From the NCBI GenBank assembly GCA_017514235.1, contig JAFWKK010000001.1, positions 10,770-74,769 on the forward strand: a stretch of DNA of 64,000 nucleotides, written 5' to 3'. The notes beneath the pieces were generated by a model. That model had not been told where the DNA came from. It did not search any database and worked only from the letters and a program-made list of their open reading frames with translations. Source of the DNA: Kiritimatiellia bacterium (lineage in GTDB: Bacteria; Verrucomicrobiota; Kiritimatiellia; RFP12; UBA1067). Positions 18,306 through 27,242 of the stretch are shown here, piece by piece; the first letter of the stretch is position 1; each line of letters opens with the position of its first letter. Position numbers and translations under genes: made by a program.

Positions 18306-19514
18306 TTGAGGACCTGCGCTTCTAACAACTGCAATGCCTTTACGGCGTCATGCCTCTTGGCGGCGGCGTTGGCGGCGTGTCTGTGCCGCGCCGATCAACC
18401 AGCTGGCGTCAAGGCTGTCCCCATGCGGGACTGCCCGATCGGTGTGTTTGACTCCGGAATAGGCGGGCTCTCCGTGCTTGAACAGATTCTTGCACTAGAC
18501 GCGTTCGACAACGGCACCGGCGCTCCTGGCACGGACGGACGGCCCGACTTCGCGGGAGAGGAGTTCGTCTACTTCGGAGACCAGGCGAACATGCCGTACG
18601 GACGCTATGACGCGGCGGGCAAGGCCGACCTTCTGCGCGAACTGGTCAGGCGAGACGCGCGCTTCCTCCTAGGCAGCGACGGGCATCGTCCGGCAAAGGT
18701 CATAGTCATTGCATGCAACACTGCCACGGCCTATGGTCTTGAAGCCGTCCGTGCCATGCCTCGGTCGCGCGGCGAAAAGGTCATCGGCGTCGTCAATGCA
18801 GGGGTTGAGGCCGCACTTGACGCAATTTCGTCGGCGACAGGTGCCTGCGCCGTCGCGGTCATGGCCACGCCGGCGACGATTTCATCCGGCGTGTACGAGC
18901 GTACGCTAGCCGAGACGGCCCGCGTCCGCGCGCTGTCGTTCCCAGTGTTTGTCGCCAGCCGCGGCGGCATCGGCCTTGCGGAGGCGGTTGAGAACGCCGA
19001 ACCGGGACGTTTCCTGTGCGCACGGACGAATGTGGTGGCCCTCGTCACGGACTATCGGGCGCACGGCGGCAAGGCGCCGATACGCGCGTTCATCCTCGGG
19101 TGCACTCACTATCCTTTCGTTCTGGAAGCCATACGCTCCGCCCTCGACAGTCTTCGTGAGAATCCGGAGTATGCGTCGCTCCTGCCGCGCGACATTGTTT
19201 TCGTAGATCCGGCGGTCTACACGGCCATGGCGTGCTACAAGGCCCTGCGTGAAGATGGGCTTCTCAGGACGTCAGGCGCGGAGAGGCCCCGTCCGCGCGT
19301 TGAAGCGTTCGTGTCGATCGGACGCGACGGACCGCTTGATGATTCCGTCAAGTACGGGCGCAGCGTGTCGGACGCGGACTACGGCACGAAAATTGTGCCG
19401 TTGGCTTGCGGTTCGCTGACGGATGCAACGGCGGAAAGCGTGGCGGCGTCCTTCCCTCTTTCTGCTGCCGCGCTCGGCATCTCCCCGACACATTCCTGCG
19501 ACAAGGACAAGTGA
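18306..19514 (+). CDS. Glutamate racemase (MurI)-family protein with signal-peptide-like N-terminus and insertions
   Basis: PIGVFDSGIGGLSVL, YFGDQANMPYG, VIACNTATA and ILGCTHYP (both catalytic Cys); GGGAG SD 7 nt before TTG 18306. Confidence 0.8.
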   Translation: MRTCASNNCNAFTASCLLAAALAACLCRADQPAGVKAVPMRDCPIGVFDSGIGGLSVLEQILALDAFDNGTGAPGTDGRPDFAGEEFVYFGDQANMPYGRYDAAGKADLLRELVRRDARFLLGSDGHRPAKVIVIACNTATAYGLEAVRAMPRSRGEKVIGVVNAGVEAALDAISSATGACAVAVMATPATISSGVYERTLAETARVRALSFPVFVASRGGIGLAEAVENAEPGRFLCARTNVVALVTDYRAHGGKAPIRAFILGCTHYPFVLEAIRSALDSLRENPEYASLLPRDIVFVDPAVYTAMACYKALREDGLLRTSGAERPRPRVEAFVSIGRDGPLDDSVKYGRSVSDADYGTKIVPLACGSLTDATAESVAASFPLSAAALGISPTHSCDKDK

Positions 19515-19547
19515 CCATGTGGGCGTGAGACGGGAACGGAGAAAGTA

Positions 19548-19556
19548 TGGTATAAT
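19548..19556 (+). promoter_or_regulatory. Extended -10 promoter, probably leaderless transcript
   Basis: TGGTATAAT ending 6 nt before ATG 19563; no SD. Confidence 0.65.
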
Positions 19557-19562
19557 AACGCA

Positions 19563-21104
19563 ATGCGAAACCCGTCACAGCCAGAGCTTGAAGTCCTGAG
19601 GGAGGTCACTACCGCCGTCGTGCGCGAGCGAGACGTGCGCCTTCTCCTTGAGAGGGTTATAGACATACTCGGCCGGCGCATGGGCATGCTGCGCGGCACG
19701 TTCACGATACTCGAGGGCGACGAACTGCGTATCGAGGCGTCGTCACGCGGCCTTAATGCCGAGGAGCGCGCTCTCGGCCACTACCGACTTGGCGAGGGAA
19801 TCACCGGGCTGGTAGCGAAATCGGGGAAGTCGGAGATCGTCCTGGACGTCCGCAGGGACCGCAGGTTTCTGAACCGCACGAAGTCGCGTCGTATTGACGA
19901 GGCGCTTTCTTTCATATGTGTGCCGCTGATACGCAACGGTGACGTCATAGGCACGCTTTCAGCGGACCGCGAGATGCGCGGCGAGACCACTTCGCTCGCT
20001 AAGGACGTCGCGCTCCTGGAGATAATCGCCAACTTGGTGGGCGAGGCGGCGGCTGTCTTGCGTGAGGAGTGCGCGGAGCGCGACGCGCTCAAGGACGAGA
20101 ACCGCCGGCTGCGCGGGCTGATGTCAACCGACAACCCGGGGCACATGATTGGCGAGTGCCTGCAAATGCGTGCTGTATACGAGCAGATACGCCAGGTGGC
20201 GCCGAGCGAGGCCACGGTGCTCGTGCGTGGCGCAAGCGGCACTGGCAAGGAACTGGTGGCGCGTGCGATACAGGTCCTTTCAGCGCGGCGCGACAAGCCT
20301 TTTGTTGCGCTCAACTGCGCGGCTCTGCCGGAGTCGCTGGTGGAGTCGGAGCTTTTCGGCCACGAGAAAGGGGCGTTCACCGACGCGCGCGAGCGCCGGA
20401 TCGGGCGCGCTGAGGCAGCGGATGGCGGTACGCTGTTCCTTGACGAGATAGGGGACCTTTCGCTGGCGGTGCAGGTGAAGCTGCTGCGTTTCCTGCAGGA
20501 ACGCACGTTCTCCCGAGTGGGTTCTAACACGGTACTCCACAGCGACGTGCGGTTCATCGCCGCGACGAGCCGGAATCTCGAGGACCTGATGGCGCGGAAA
20601 CTGTTCCGCGAGGACCTGTACTACCGGCTATCGGTCTTCCCGATAGCTGTGCCGGACCTGAAGGACCGTGGCGGTGACATCGTGCTGCTGGCGCACCACT
20701 ATCTCTCACGCATGAACGTGAAGTACGGGCGTAGCATCGACCGCATTTCCGCACCGGCGCTTAACATGCTGCAGGGCTATGCCTGGCCCGGCAACGTGCG
20801 CGAGCTGGAGAACTGCATGGAGCGCGCGGTGCTGACGGCCAGGGACAATGTGATACGCGGCTATAACCTGCCGCCGGCGATGCAGGATGGCGAACCGGCG
20901 GAAGGCCCGTACGACGAGGACAGGGCGCAGACGCTCGACGAGCAGTTGGCCGATGCCGAGCGGCGGATACTGCGCAACGCGATCTCGCGCCACGGCGGGA
21001 ACCGCGCGGCTGCTGGGCGCGAGCTGGGAGTAAGCTCGCGTATGATGAACTACAAGCTAGGAAAGCTGGGGATGCTGTCCGTCGGCCGAGAGGGCCGTCC
21101 GTGA
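19563..21104 (+). CDS. NifA-like sigma54-dependent activator (GAF-AAA+-Fis HTH)
   Basis: GAF region (YRLGEGITG, FLNRT, SFICVP), Walker A GASGTGKE, ESELFGHEKGAFTDA, LFLDEIG, FREDLYYRL, WPGNVRELEN, C-terminal HTH. Confidence 0.9.
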   Translation: MRNPSQPELEVLREVTTAVVRERDVRLLLERVIDILGRRMGMLRGTFTILEGDELRIEASSRGLNAEERALGHYRLGEGITGLVAKSGKSEIVLDVRRDRRFLNRTKSRRIDEALSFICVPLIRNGDVIGTLSADREMRGETTSLAKDVALLEIIANLVGEAAAVLREECAERDALKDENRRLRGLMSTDNPGHMIGECLQMRAVYEQIRQVAPSEATVLVRGASGTGKELVARAIQVLSARRDKPFVALNCAALPESLVESELFGHEKGAFTDARERRIGRAEAADGGTLFLDEIGDLSLAVQVKLLRFLQERTFSRVGSNTVLHSDVRFIAATSRNLEDLMARKLFREDLYYRLSVFPIAVPDLKDRGGDIVLLAHHYLSRMNVKYGRSIDRISAPALNMLQGYAWPGNVRELENCMERAVLTARDNVIRGYNLPPAMQDGEPAEGPYDEDRAQTLDEQLADAERRILRNAISRHGGNRAAAGRELGVSSRMMNYKLGKLGMLSVGREGRP

Positions 21105-21121
21105 CCGACTGGCCTGGGGCA

Positions 21122-21150
21122 TTGCCTTTCCCGCCTTGAAATGATACAAT
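21122..21150 (+). promoter_or_regulatory. Sigma70 promoter of pyrH, probably leaderless
   Basis: TTGCCT, 17 nt, TACAAT (preceded by TGA); GTG start 7 nt downstream. Confidence 0.65.
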
Positions 21151-21157
21151 TCACGTT

Positions 21158-21895
21158 GTGAAAAAGACTTCTCGCAAGTTGAAGTACCGTCGCGTCCTGC
21201 TGAAGCTCTCCGGCGAGGTGCTGGGGAACCGGGATTCCGGCGAATGTCTCGACCCTGCGCGGCTGGCGTACATGGCGGACCGGGTGCGCCGTCTCCGTGC
21301 TTTGGGCTGCGAGGTAGGCGTTGTGCTCGGCGGCGGCAACATCTTCCGCGGCCTTGCTGGCGCTAGCCGTGGCGTCGACCGCGTGACGGGCGACTCCATG
21401 GGAATGCTGGCGACTGTCATTAACTCGCTTGCGCTGATGAACGCGCTGGAAGCGGCCGGCATGCCGGCCAGTGTCATGACGGCGACCGACATGCCGAAGA
21501 TTGCCGAGCCGTTCGTGGCGCGTCGGGCGCTCCGCTACCTTTCGGAAGGACGCGTAGTGATCTTCGGCGGCGGTACGGGCAACCCGTATTTCTCGACTGA
21601 CTCGGCTGCGGCCCTGAAGGCGTGTGAAATCGGCGCGGACGTTTTGCTCAAGGCGACGAAGGTCGACGGCATCTATACCGCCGACCCGAAGAAGGACCCG
21701 AAGGCGGAGCGCTATCGGTCGCTGACGTACGAGACGGCCTTGGAGCGACGCCTGAAGGTGATGGACGCGGCGGCTTTTGCGCTTTGCCGCGACAATTCGA
21801 TTCCAATCGTCGTGTTTGACTTCTTCGACAGGAACGCGCTCGTCGGCGTGGTCTCCGGCAAGTCGATGGGAACGCTGGTGAGCGAGAAGGGCTGA
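21158..21895 (+). CDS. pyrH: UMP kinase
   Basis: RVLLKLSGE, GGGNIFRG, DSMGMLATVIN, GTGNPYFSTDSAAAL, KATKVDGIY, LKVMD. Confidence 0.97.
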   Translation: MKKTSRKLKYRRVLLKLSGEVLGNRDSGECLDPARLAYMADRVRRLRALGCEVGVVLGGGNIFRGLAGASRGVDRVTGDSMGMLATVINSLALMNALEAAGMPASVMTATDMPKIAEPFVARRALRYLSEGRVVIFGGGTGNPYFSTDSAAALKACEIGADVLLKATKVDGIYTADPKKDPKAERYRSLTYETALERRLKVMDAAAFALCRDNSIPIVVFDFFDRNALVGVVSGKSMGTLVSEKG

Positions 21896-21942
21896 GCGCG
21901 TTAGGCGCATAAGGCAAACGTTTGTAAGGAAAGGCAGACAAG

Positions 21943-22506
21943 ATGGAAACAGTAAGTGAAGTGCTGAACGATGCAACGGCGAAGATCGCCAAGAGCTTCG
22001 ACGCGCTAAAGGCGCAATTCGCCGGCCTTAGGACCGGTAAGGCGTCGCCGGCGATGGTCGATGGCATCAAGGTCGACTACTACGGGTCGCCGACTCCGAT
22101 CAAGAGCCTCGGCACGATCTCGACGCCGGAGCCGCGCCAGATCAAGATCACTCCGTTCGACCCGACGGTGCTGGACGCGATGAACAAGGCGATACTTGCC
22201 GCGAACATCGGCGTGACGCCGCAGACCGACGGCAAGGTGTTGCGCATAACGGTGCCCGAGCTCAACGAGGAGCGCCGCAAGGAAATCGTCAAGGTCGCGA
22301 AGACGCAGGCAGAGGCGCAGAAGGTCGCAATGCGTAACGTCCGCCGCGATGCCAACGAGACGGTGAAGAAGCTGGAGAAGGACAAGAAGATCTCCGAAGA
22401 TGACATGAAGCAGGGCCTTGACCGCATACAGAAGGCGACGGACGACGGCATAGCGAAGATCGACGCCGAGCTGAAAGCCAAGGAAGCCGAAGTAATGGCG
22501 GTCTGA
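21943..22506 (+). CDS. frr: Ribosome recycling factor
   Basis: LRTGKASP, VDYYGSPTP, VPELNEERRKE, VAMRNVRRDAN; follows pyrH. Confidence 0.97.
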   Translation: METVSEVLNDATAKIAKSFDALKAQFAGLRTGKASPAMVDGIKVDYYGSPTPIKSLGTISTPEPRQIKITPFDPTVLDAMNKAILAANIGVTPQTDGKVLRITVPELNEERRKEIVKVAKTQAEAQKVAMRNVRRDANETVKKLEKDKKISEDDMKQGLDRIQKATDDGIAKIDAELKAKEAEVMAV

Positions 22507-22552
22507 GGAGTGTCGTTAAGGATAAATCTTGAATTTCAAGGAGGAGGCAGCA

Positions 22553-23683
22553 ATGGCAGAAGAAGTTGAGATGACACCCGTCGAGGCCGGGGAACCACCC
22601 AAGGCAAATCCGCTGGCAAGGCCCGCATCGCCGATTTCGGCGGCAACGCAGGCGGCACCCGCCATACACAAGCCGGTCATCGGCGCGGCGCCGTCTGCAG
22701 GCGGCCTCAAGCCTGGCTTGAAGCTGCCGCCGAAGCCTGGCGTAGCCGGTGCGGCGTCCGCGAGCGGCGGCATTAAGCCTGGCCTGAAGCTGCCGACACA
22801 GAACGCTCTTAAGCCAGGTGTGAGGCTGCCGCAGAAGCCGGTCATACGCAAGCCAGGCTCGACTGTCCTAGCCGCGCCTTTGCCCAAGCCGATAGTAGGT
22901 GCGGCGAAACCCGTTGCGGTAGACGCTCAGGGCATTGGCAAGCTGCCGACTGTCGAGGCAAAGACCGTTCCTCGCTCCGATGCGGCGCCGGTCGTGAGCG
23001 AGAATCCGAAGCCGTTGGAGGCTCTTAAGAGCGTGACGCAGAAGCTGAAGGGCATCACTCAGGAGATTCCGCAGCAGGCGATTCTCCGCAAGACCGGCAT
23101 CATTGCCGATGGTGCGATGAGCGAGGCCCAGAAGGAGGCCGCCAAGCACAAGACCGCGCGCATTTCGCTGTCCGACGCAATGGGCGTGGCGCCGGTGAAG
23201 AACGAGAATGCGCCGATCAAGACAATCCGCATTAAGCGTCCGGTCGACATTCCGGGCAGCACGAAGCCCCTGAAGCCTCAGCCGCCGCCTGCCGCGGCAG
23301 AGCCTGCGCAAGCTGCGGCAGAGCAGGCCGGGCAGGATGCGACGGCTCCGACGGCGACGCAGCGCAAGACGCTGAAGATCACGCGCCCCGGTGGCGGTGC
23401 GGTTCGTCCGTCGGGCAAGTTCGGCATCAAGCGTCCGGGTTCGGCACCTGCTTCCTCCGCGGCATCGGCTGCAGCGGAGCCGGGCGACGGAGCAGTTGCC
23501 GACATTCCCGAAATCTCCGACATCCCGGACATGTCGGTGGCTCCCGTGCCGGTTCGGGCGACGGCTTCCGACGGTCCGGCATGGCTTTGGACGCTTTCTG
23601 CGATCGTGCAGCTTGCGGCGTGTGCCGTTGTCGGCGCACTTGCATGGTTCCTGTACACGAATACGGCGACCAGCTACTTCTAA
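22553..23683 (+). CDS. Hypothetical Pro/Lys/Ala-rich disordered protein with a C-terminal transmembrane anchor
   Basis: GGAGGAGG SD before ATG 22553; repeats LKPGLKLP/IKPGLKLP/LKPGVRLP; hydrophobic tail WLWTLSAIVQLAACAVVGALAWFLY. Confidence 0.75.
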   Translation: MAEEVEMTPVEAGEPPKANPLARPASPISAATQAAPAIHKPVIGAAPSAGGLKPGLKLPPKPGVAGAASASGGIKPGLKLPTQNALKPGVRLPQKPVIRKPGSTVLAAPLPKPIVGAAKPVAVDAQGIGKLPTVEAKTVPRSDAAPVVSENPKPLEALKSVTQKLKGITQEIPQQAILRKTGIIADGAMSEAQKEAAKHKTARISLSDAMGVAPVKNENAPIKTIRIKRPVDIPGSTKPLKPQPPPAAAEPAQAAAEQAGQDATAPTATQRKTLKITRPGGGAVRPSGKFGIKRPGSAPASSAASAAAEPGDGAVADIPEISDIPDMSVAPVPVRATASDGPAWLWTLSAIVQLAACAVVGALAWFLYTNTATSYF

Positions 23684-23712
23684 GTCGGAGCTTGCGGTCT
23701 GCATCTTGACAG

Positions 23713-24609
23713 ATGAGACGTGTCGGAAGCACGGCTGCGGTAGCGAAAGCGACGGCTCTGGAGATGCTTTCAGAGCCGTTGACTTTGCTTGTGCTTCTAG
23801 CGGCACTGACGCTTGAAGTGTTTGCGCCTGCTTTCCATTACCACCAGTTCGGCGAGGCGACGCGCATGGCGCGGGACGCCGGGCTCTCGGCCCTATTCAC
23901 ATGCGGAAGCGTGTTCGCGGTCTTCGTCACTATCCGTGCGTTCCGCCGCGAGATTGAGTCTGGCACGTTGGAAATGGCTCTTTCGCATCCAGTTTCGCGA
24001 GTGAGATTCTTCCTGTCCAAGACGCTTGGCGCATGCCTCGCCTACCTGTCGTTCGCGTGCGTTCTGGCCTCGACCGCGCTGCTGACAGTCGAAGGCGCGG
24101 AGATCGGCGGCGAAATCGCCAGACGCACGGGCGACATCGCCCGCATCTACGGGCCGTGCTTCGCCGCCGGGGTGGCGGTCATGGTGTTGCCGCTTCTAAT
24201 TGGCGCGGCGCTCAACCGCTTCGCCTGCTGCCGTTTCGTGCTTTCCGCGTTCGTCGTGGCGCTTGCGCTGTCGGTGGCGTCCGCTGCGGTCGCTGCAGTG
24301 CGCGACCCATCATGGGCATGGCGTCTGGCGCCTGCAGTCTTGCTCGTAGTGTTTGCGACGTTCGTGTTGCTCTCCGCGTCCGCCGCGTTCGCGGTGCGGT
24401 TCAGGGCGAACGTCGCGGCTGCGGCCGTTGGGCTGCTCGTGGCGTTGTCGCTCCCAGCCGTCGGCAACTACTACTTGGCGGACGCGCTCTCAAAGGGTGG
24501 TTCGGTGCCGTGGAGCTACGTTGGGCTTGCCGCACTGGCGACCGCATCCGCAGTGGCGTTTTTCTTGCTTCTTGGTGTTAGGTTAATCGAAGGGCGCGAT
24601 GTTGCGTGA
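23713..24609 (+). CDS. ABC-2 type transporter permease
   Basis: Multiple TM helices; REIESGTLEMALSHPVSRVRFFLSK motif. Confidence 0.8.
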   Translation: MRRVGSTAAVAKATALEMLSEPLTLLVLLAALTLEVFAPAFHYHQFGEATRMARDAGLSALFTCGSVFAVFVTIRAFRREIESGTLEMALSHPVSRVRFFLSKTLGACLAYLSFACVLASTALLTVEGAEIGGEIARRTGDIARIYGPCFAAGVAVMVLPLLIGAALNRFACCRFVLSAFVVALALSVASAAVAAVRDPSWAWRLAPAVLLVVFATFVLLSASAAFAVRFRANVAAAAVGLLVALSLPAVGNYYLADALSKGGSVPWSYVGLAALATASAVAFFLLLGVRLIEGRDVA

Positions 24610-25376
24610 AAGGGCTTATGGACGATGACGTTGTTCTGCTGGACGGGGTCGTGAAGACGTTTCGCGACTTTTGGCTTCGTCCGACGGTGAGGGCTGTCGA
24701 CGGACTGTCCCTGCGCGTGAGGCGCGGCGAGGTGTTCGGTCTCTTGGGGCCGAACGGATCGGGCAAGTCAACGACGATCAAGATGATACTCGGGCTTCTC
24801 TCGCCAAGCGGCGGGAAGGTCTCGCTCTTCGGCCTTACGCCGCGCTCTGTAGAGGCGCGTCGTCGGCTTGGCTACCTGCCCGAGCTAAGCTACCTGCATC
24901 CGTTCCTCACCGCGAGGGAAACGTTGCGCTATTACGCCGGGCTTTGCGGACTCTGCCGGCGCGAGGCGTTGATGCGGACGGAGCAACTCCTGAAGATGGT
25001 CGGATTGGAGTCGGTTGCGTCTCGTCCCGTAGGCGGCTTCTCTAAGGGCATGGCGCGGCGGGTCGCCCTGGCAGCATCCCTCATAGGCCGTCCGGAGCTC
25101 CTAGTGCTGGACGAGCCGACGAGCGGGCTGGATCCAGTCTCGACGAAGGAGGTGAAGACTCTGGTCCGTGCGCTTGCGCGCGGCGGCATGACGGTTCTCA
25201 CTACGTCGCATCAGCTTGCGGACGCCGAGGACATCTGCGACCGCGTCATGATCGTGAACCATGGCCGGGCCGTCGCCGAGGGCCGTATTGCGGAACTCGG
25301 CACGAGCCTCGAGGATTTCTTCCTGGCGAAAGTCGGAGACGCTGATGATTTCGTTCTGGCGGATTTTCTGGCTTGA
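24606..25376 (+). CDS. ABC transporter ATP-binding protein
   Basis: GPNGSGKST, FSKGM signature, LVLDEPTSGLDP, TSH. Confidence 0.92.
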   Translation: MKGLMDDDVVLLDGVVKTFRDFWLRPTVRAVDGLSLRVRRGEVFGLLGPNGSGKSTTIKMILGLLSPSGGKVSLFGLTPRSVEARRRLGYLPELSYLHPFLTARETLRYYAGLCGLCRREALMRTEQLLKMVGLESVASRPVGGFSKGMARRVALAASLIGRPELLVLDEPTSGLDPVSTKEVKTLVRALARGGMTVLTTSHQLADAEDICDRVMIVNHGRAVAEGRIAELGTSLEDFFLAKVGDADDFVLADFLA

Positions 25377-26604
25377 GTGCGTGACGCTTGTGCGCACGGG
25401 GACGCTGGCGATGCTGGCGGTCGCCGCCGCAGCGTGGATGATTGCCTTTCCGCACTTTGCGAAGGGCGATGGCACGCCAGAGGGCCTGCGCGAGCTTACC
25501 ATACACTTCTCTCTTGGCGGAGTGTTCGCGCTTCTCGTGGTGGCGCTGTTGGCATCTGCCGCAGGGTCTATCGCGCGCGAACGCGCTGCGAAGAGGTTGC
25601 AGCTCACGCTGGTGCGCCCGGTCCGCTTCGCCGCGGTCGCGCTCGGCAAGATCGCCGCGCATGTCGCCGTCGGGGCCGTCGTACTTGCGTTCGCCTGCGC
25701 GATGCTTGCCGCCAGCACCGACTTGCGCACTCCGTGTCGCCATGTGCTTTCACCGACGCTGCCGTCCCCCCGCGAGGAGGCGAAGGCAATGTACGCTGCC
25801 TACATGGCCGACACCAACACGCCGGTGGAAGTGCGCCGCGCGAAGCGTTCGGTCGTTCTGCGTCTCCTGGAGAACAGGGCCATCGATCATTACCAGACGA
25901 TCCTGACGAACTCCTGCGCGGAATGGAAGTTCGGGGGCTTGGGAAGTCTGGAGGGAATCAAGGGCCTGTCGGTGCGCATGCGCTTCACCAACCAGCTGGA
26001 GATGCGCCAGGAGGTGCAAGGGGTGTTCCGGCTCGGAGGGCTTGAAGGTGTTGTAAGCAACATCACCCAAGCCGTGCTGACTGTGCCGCTCTCCGGAACG
26101 GGGAAGGCGGCGGAACGGCTGACGTTCGAGAACAATGGCCAGAACGCGCTCATGCTGCGGCCGCGGCGCGACCTGAACCTGCTCGTGCCGGCCGATTCAT
26201 TCGGCCGGAACCTGCTGCGGACATTCGTAACGCTGGTATCCGTGCTTGCGCTAGTCGTATCCTTCGGGGTGCTTCTTTCGTCGGGGCTAGGGCGTCCCGT
26301 AGCGCTCTTCGTGGCGTTCGTCACCCTGATCGTAGGCGAAATGAGCCCTAGCGTCATAGAGCAGTATCCTGACGAGCTGGAGACGAACCTGACGGACCGC
26401 ATTGGCCTTGCGATCACTCGCGTCGCCGTGCATGTTACGCGGCCTGTGTCGGCACTTTCGCCTCTCGGAGCGCTTTCCCGCGACGAGTGCGTCGAGCCGC
26501 GCGAGACATGGCAGCTGGCGGTGACAGACCTGTTGGTCCTGCCGATATTGCTGTCGCTGGTCTCAGGCTTTGTCATTCCGCGAAAGCAGGACGACATGGC
26601 ATAG
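25345..26604 (+). CDS. ABC-2 type permease with a large extracytoplasmic loop
   Basis: IARERAAKRLQLTLVRPV...LGK motif; TM helices flanking a soluble domain; GGAG before ATG 25345. Confidence 0.72.
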   Translation: MISFWRIFWLECVTLVRTGTLAMLAVAAAAWMIAFPHFAKGDGTPEGLRELTIHFSLGGVFALLVVALLASAAGSIARERAAKRLQLTLVRPVRFAAVALGKIAAHVAVGAVVLAFACAMLAASTDLRTPCRHVLSPTLPSPREEAKAMYAAYMADTNTPVEVRRAKRSVVLRLLENRAIDHYQTILTNSCAEWKFGGLGSLEGIKGLSVRMRFTNQLEMRQEVQGVFRLGGLEGVVSNITQAVLTVPLSGTGKAAERLTFENNGQNALMLRPRRDLNLLVPADSFGRNLLRTFVTLVSVLALVVSFGVLLSSGLGRPVALFVAFVTLIVGEMSPSVIEQYPDELETNLTDRIGLAITRVAVHVTRPVSALSPLGALSRDECVEPRETWQLAVTDLLVLPILLSLVSGFVIPRKQDDMA

Positions 26605-26639
26605 GCGATATGGTACAATGTTAAGAAAACGGAGATAAG

Positions 26640-27242
26640 ATGAAGATTGTCTGCCTTGATCTAGAGGGAGTGCTGGTGCCCGAGATATGGATCGCCTTTG
26701 CGGAGGCGACGGGCATTCCGGGGTTCCGCCGCACCACTCGCGACGAGCCTGACTACGACAAGTTGATGCGAGGGCGCATCGCTCTTCTGGAGCAGCATGG
26801 CCTCGGACTGCGTGAAATACGGGAGGTGATTTCTCGGATTGACCCTATGCCCGGTGCGCGCAAGTTCCTTGACGCTCTGCGCGAGCGCACCCAGGTGCTG
26901 ATACTTTCCGACACGTTTTACGAGTTCGCAATGCCGCTCATGTGCAAGCTTGGTTACCCGACGCTGATGTGCAACTCGCTCATCGCCGATGCCGCCGGAC
27001 GCATCACCGGCTATCGCTTGCGCTGCCCGCAGTCGAAACTCACGACGGTGAAGGCTCTGCAAGGCTGCGGCATCGAGACGATCGCTGCCGGCGACAGCTT
27101 CAACGACCTAGGAATGATACGGGCATCGAAGGCAGGATTCCTCTTCCGTTCGACCGAAAAGATCAAGGCGGACAACCCTGACCTCCGCTCGTTCGAAGAC
27201 TACGACGCCTTTCTTGGGGGGATCCTCGATGCTCTCGGCTGA
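26640..27242 (+). CDS. thrH: Phosphoserine phosphatase/homoserine phosphotransferase (HAD)
   Basis: CLDLEGVLVPEIWI, TTRDEPDYDKLM, ILSDTFYEFA, AAGDSFNDLGM. Confidence 0.93.
   Translation: MKIVCLDLEGVLVPEIWIAFAEATGIPGFRRTTRDEPDYDKLMRGRIALLEQHGLGLREIREVISRIDPMPGARKFLDALRERTQVLILSDTFYEFAMPLMCKLGYPTLMCNSLIADAAGRITGYRLRCPQSKLTTVKALQGCGIETIAAGDSFNDLGMIRASKAGFLFRSTEKIKADNPDLRSFEDYDAFLGGILDALG

Noticed and set aside
9268-18334. Long antisense ORFs across the r-protein operon (e.g. 11252-12898, 17001-18287) and similar ones elsewhere (27857-29668, 48111-49778)
   Set aside because: Shadow frames of GC3-biased genes; no recognisable motifs and fully overlapping confident genes.
19563-21104. Nitrogen fixation inferred from the NifA-like gene
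   Set aside because: No nif structural genes in the window, and this architecture also occurs in non-diazotrophs.
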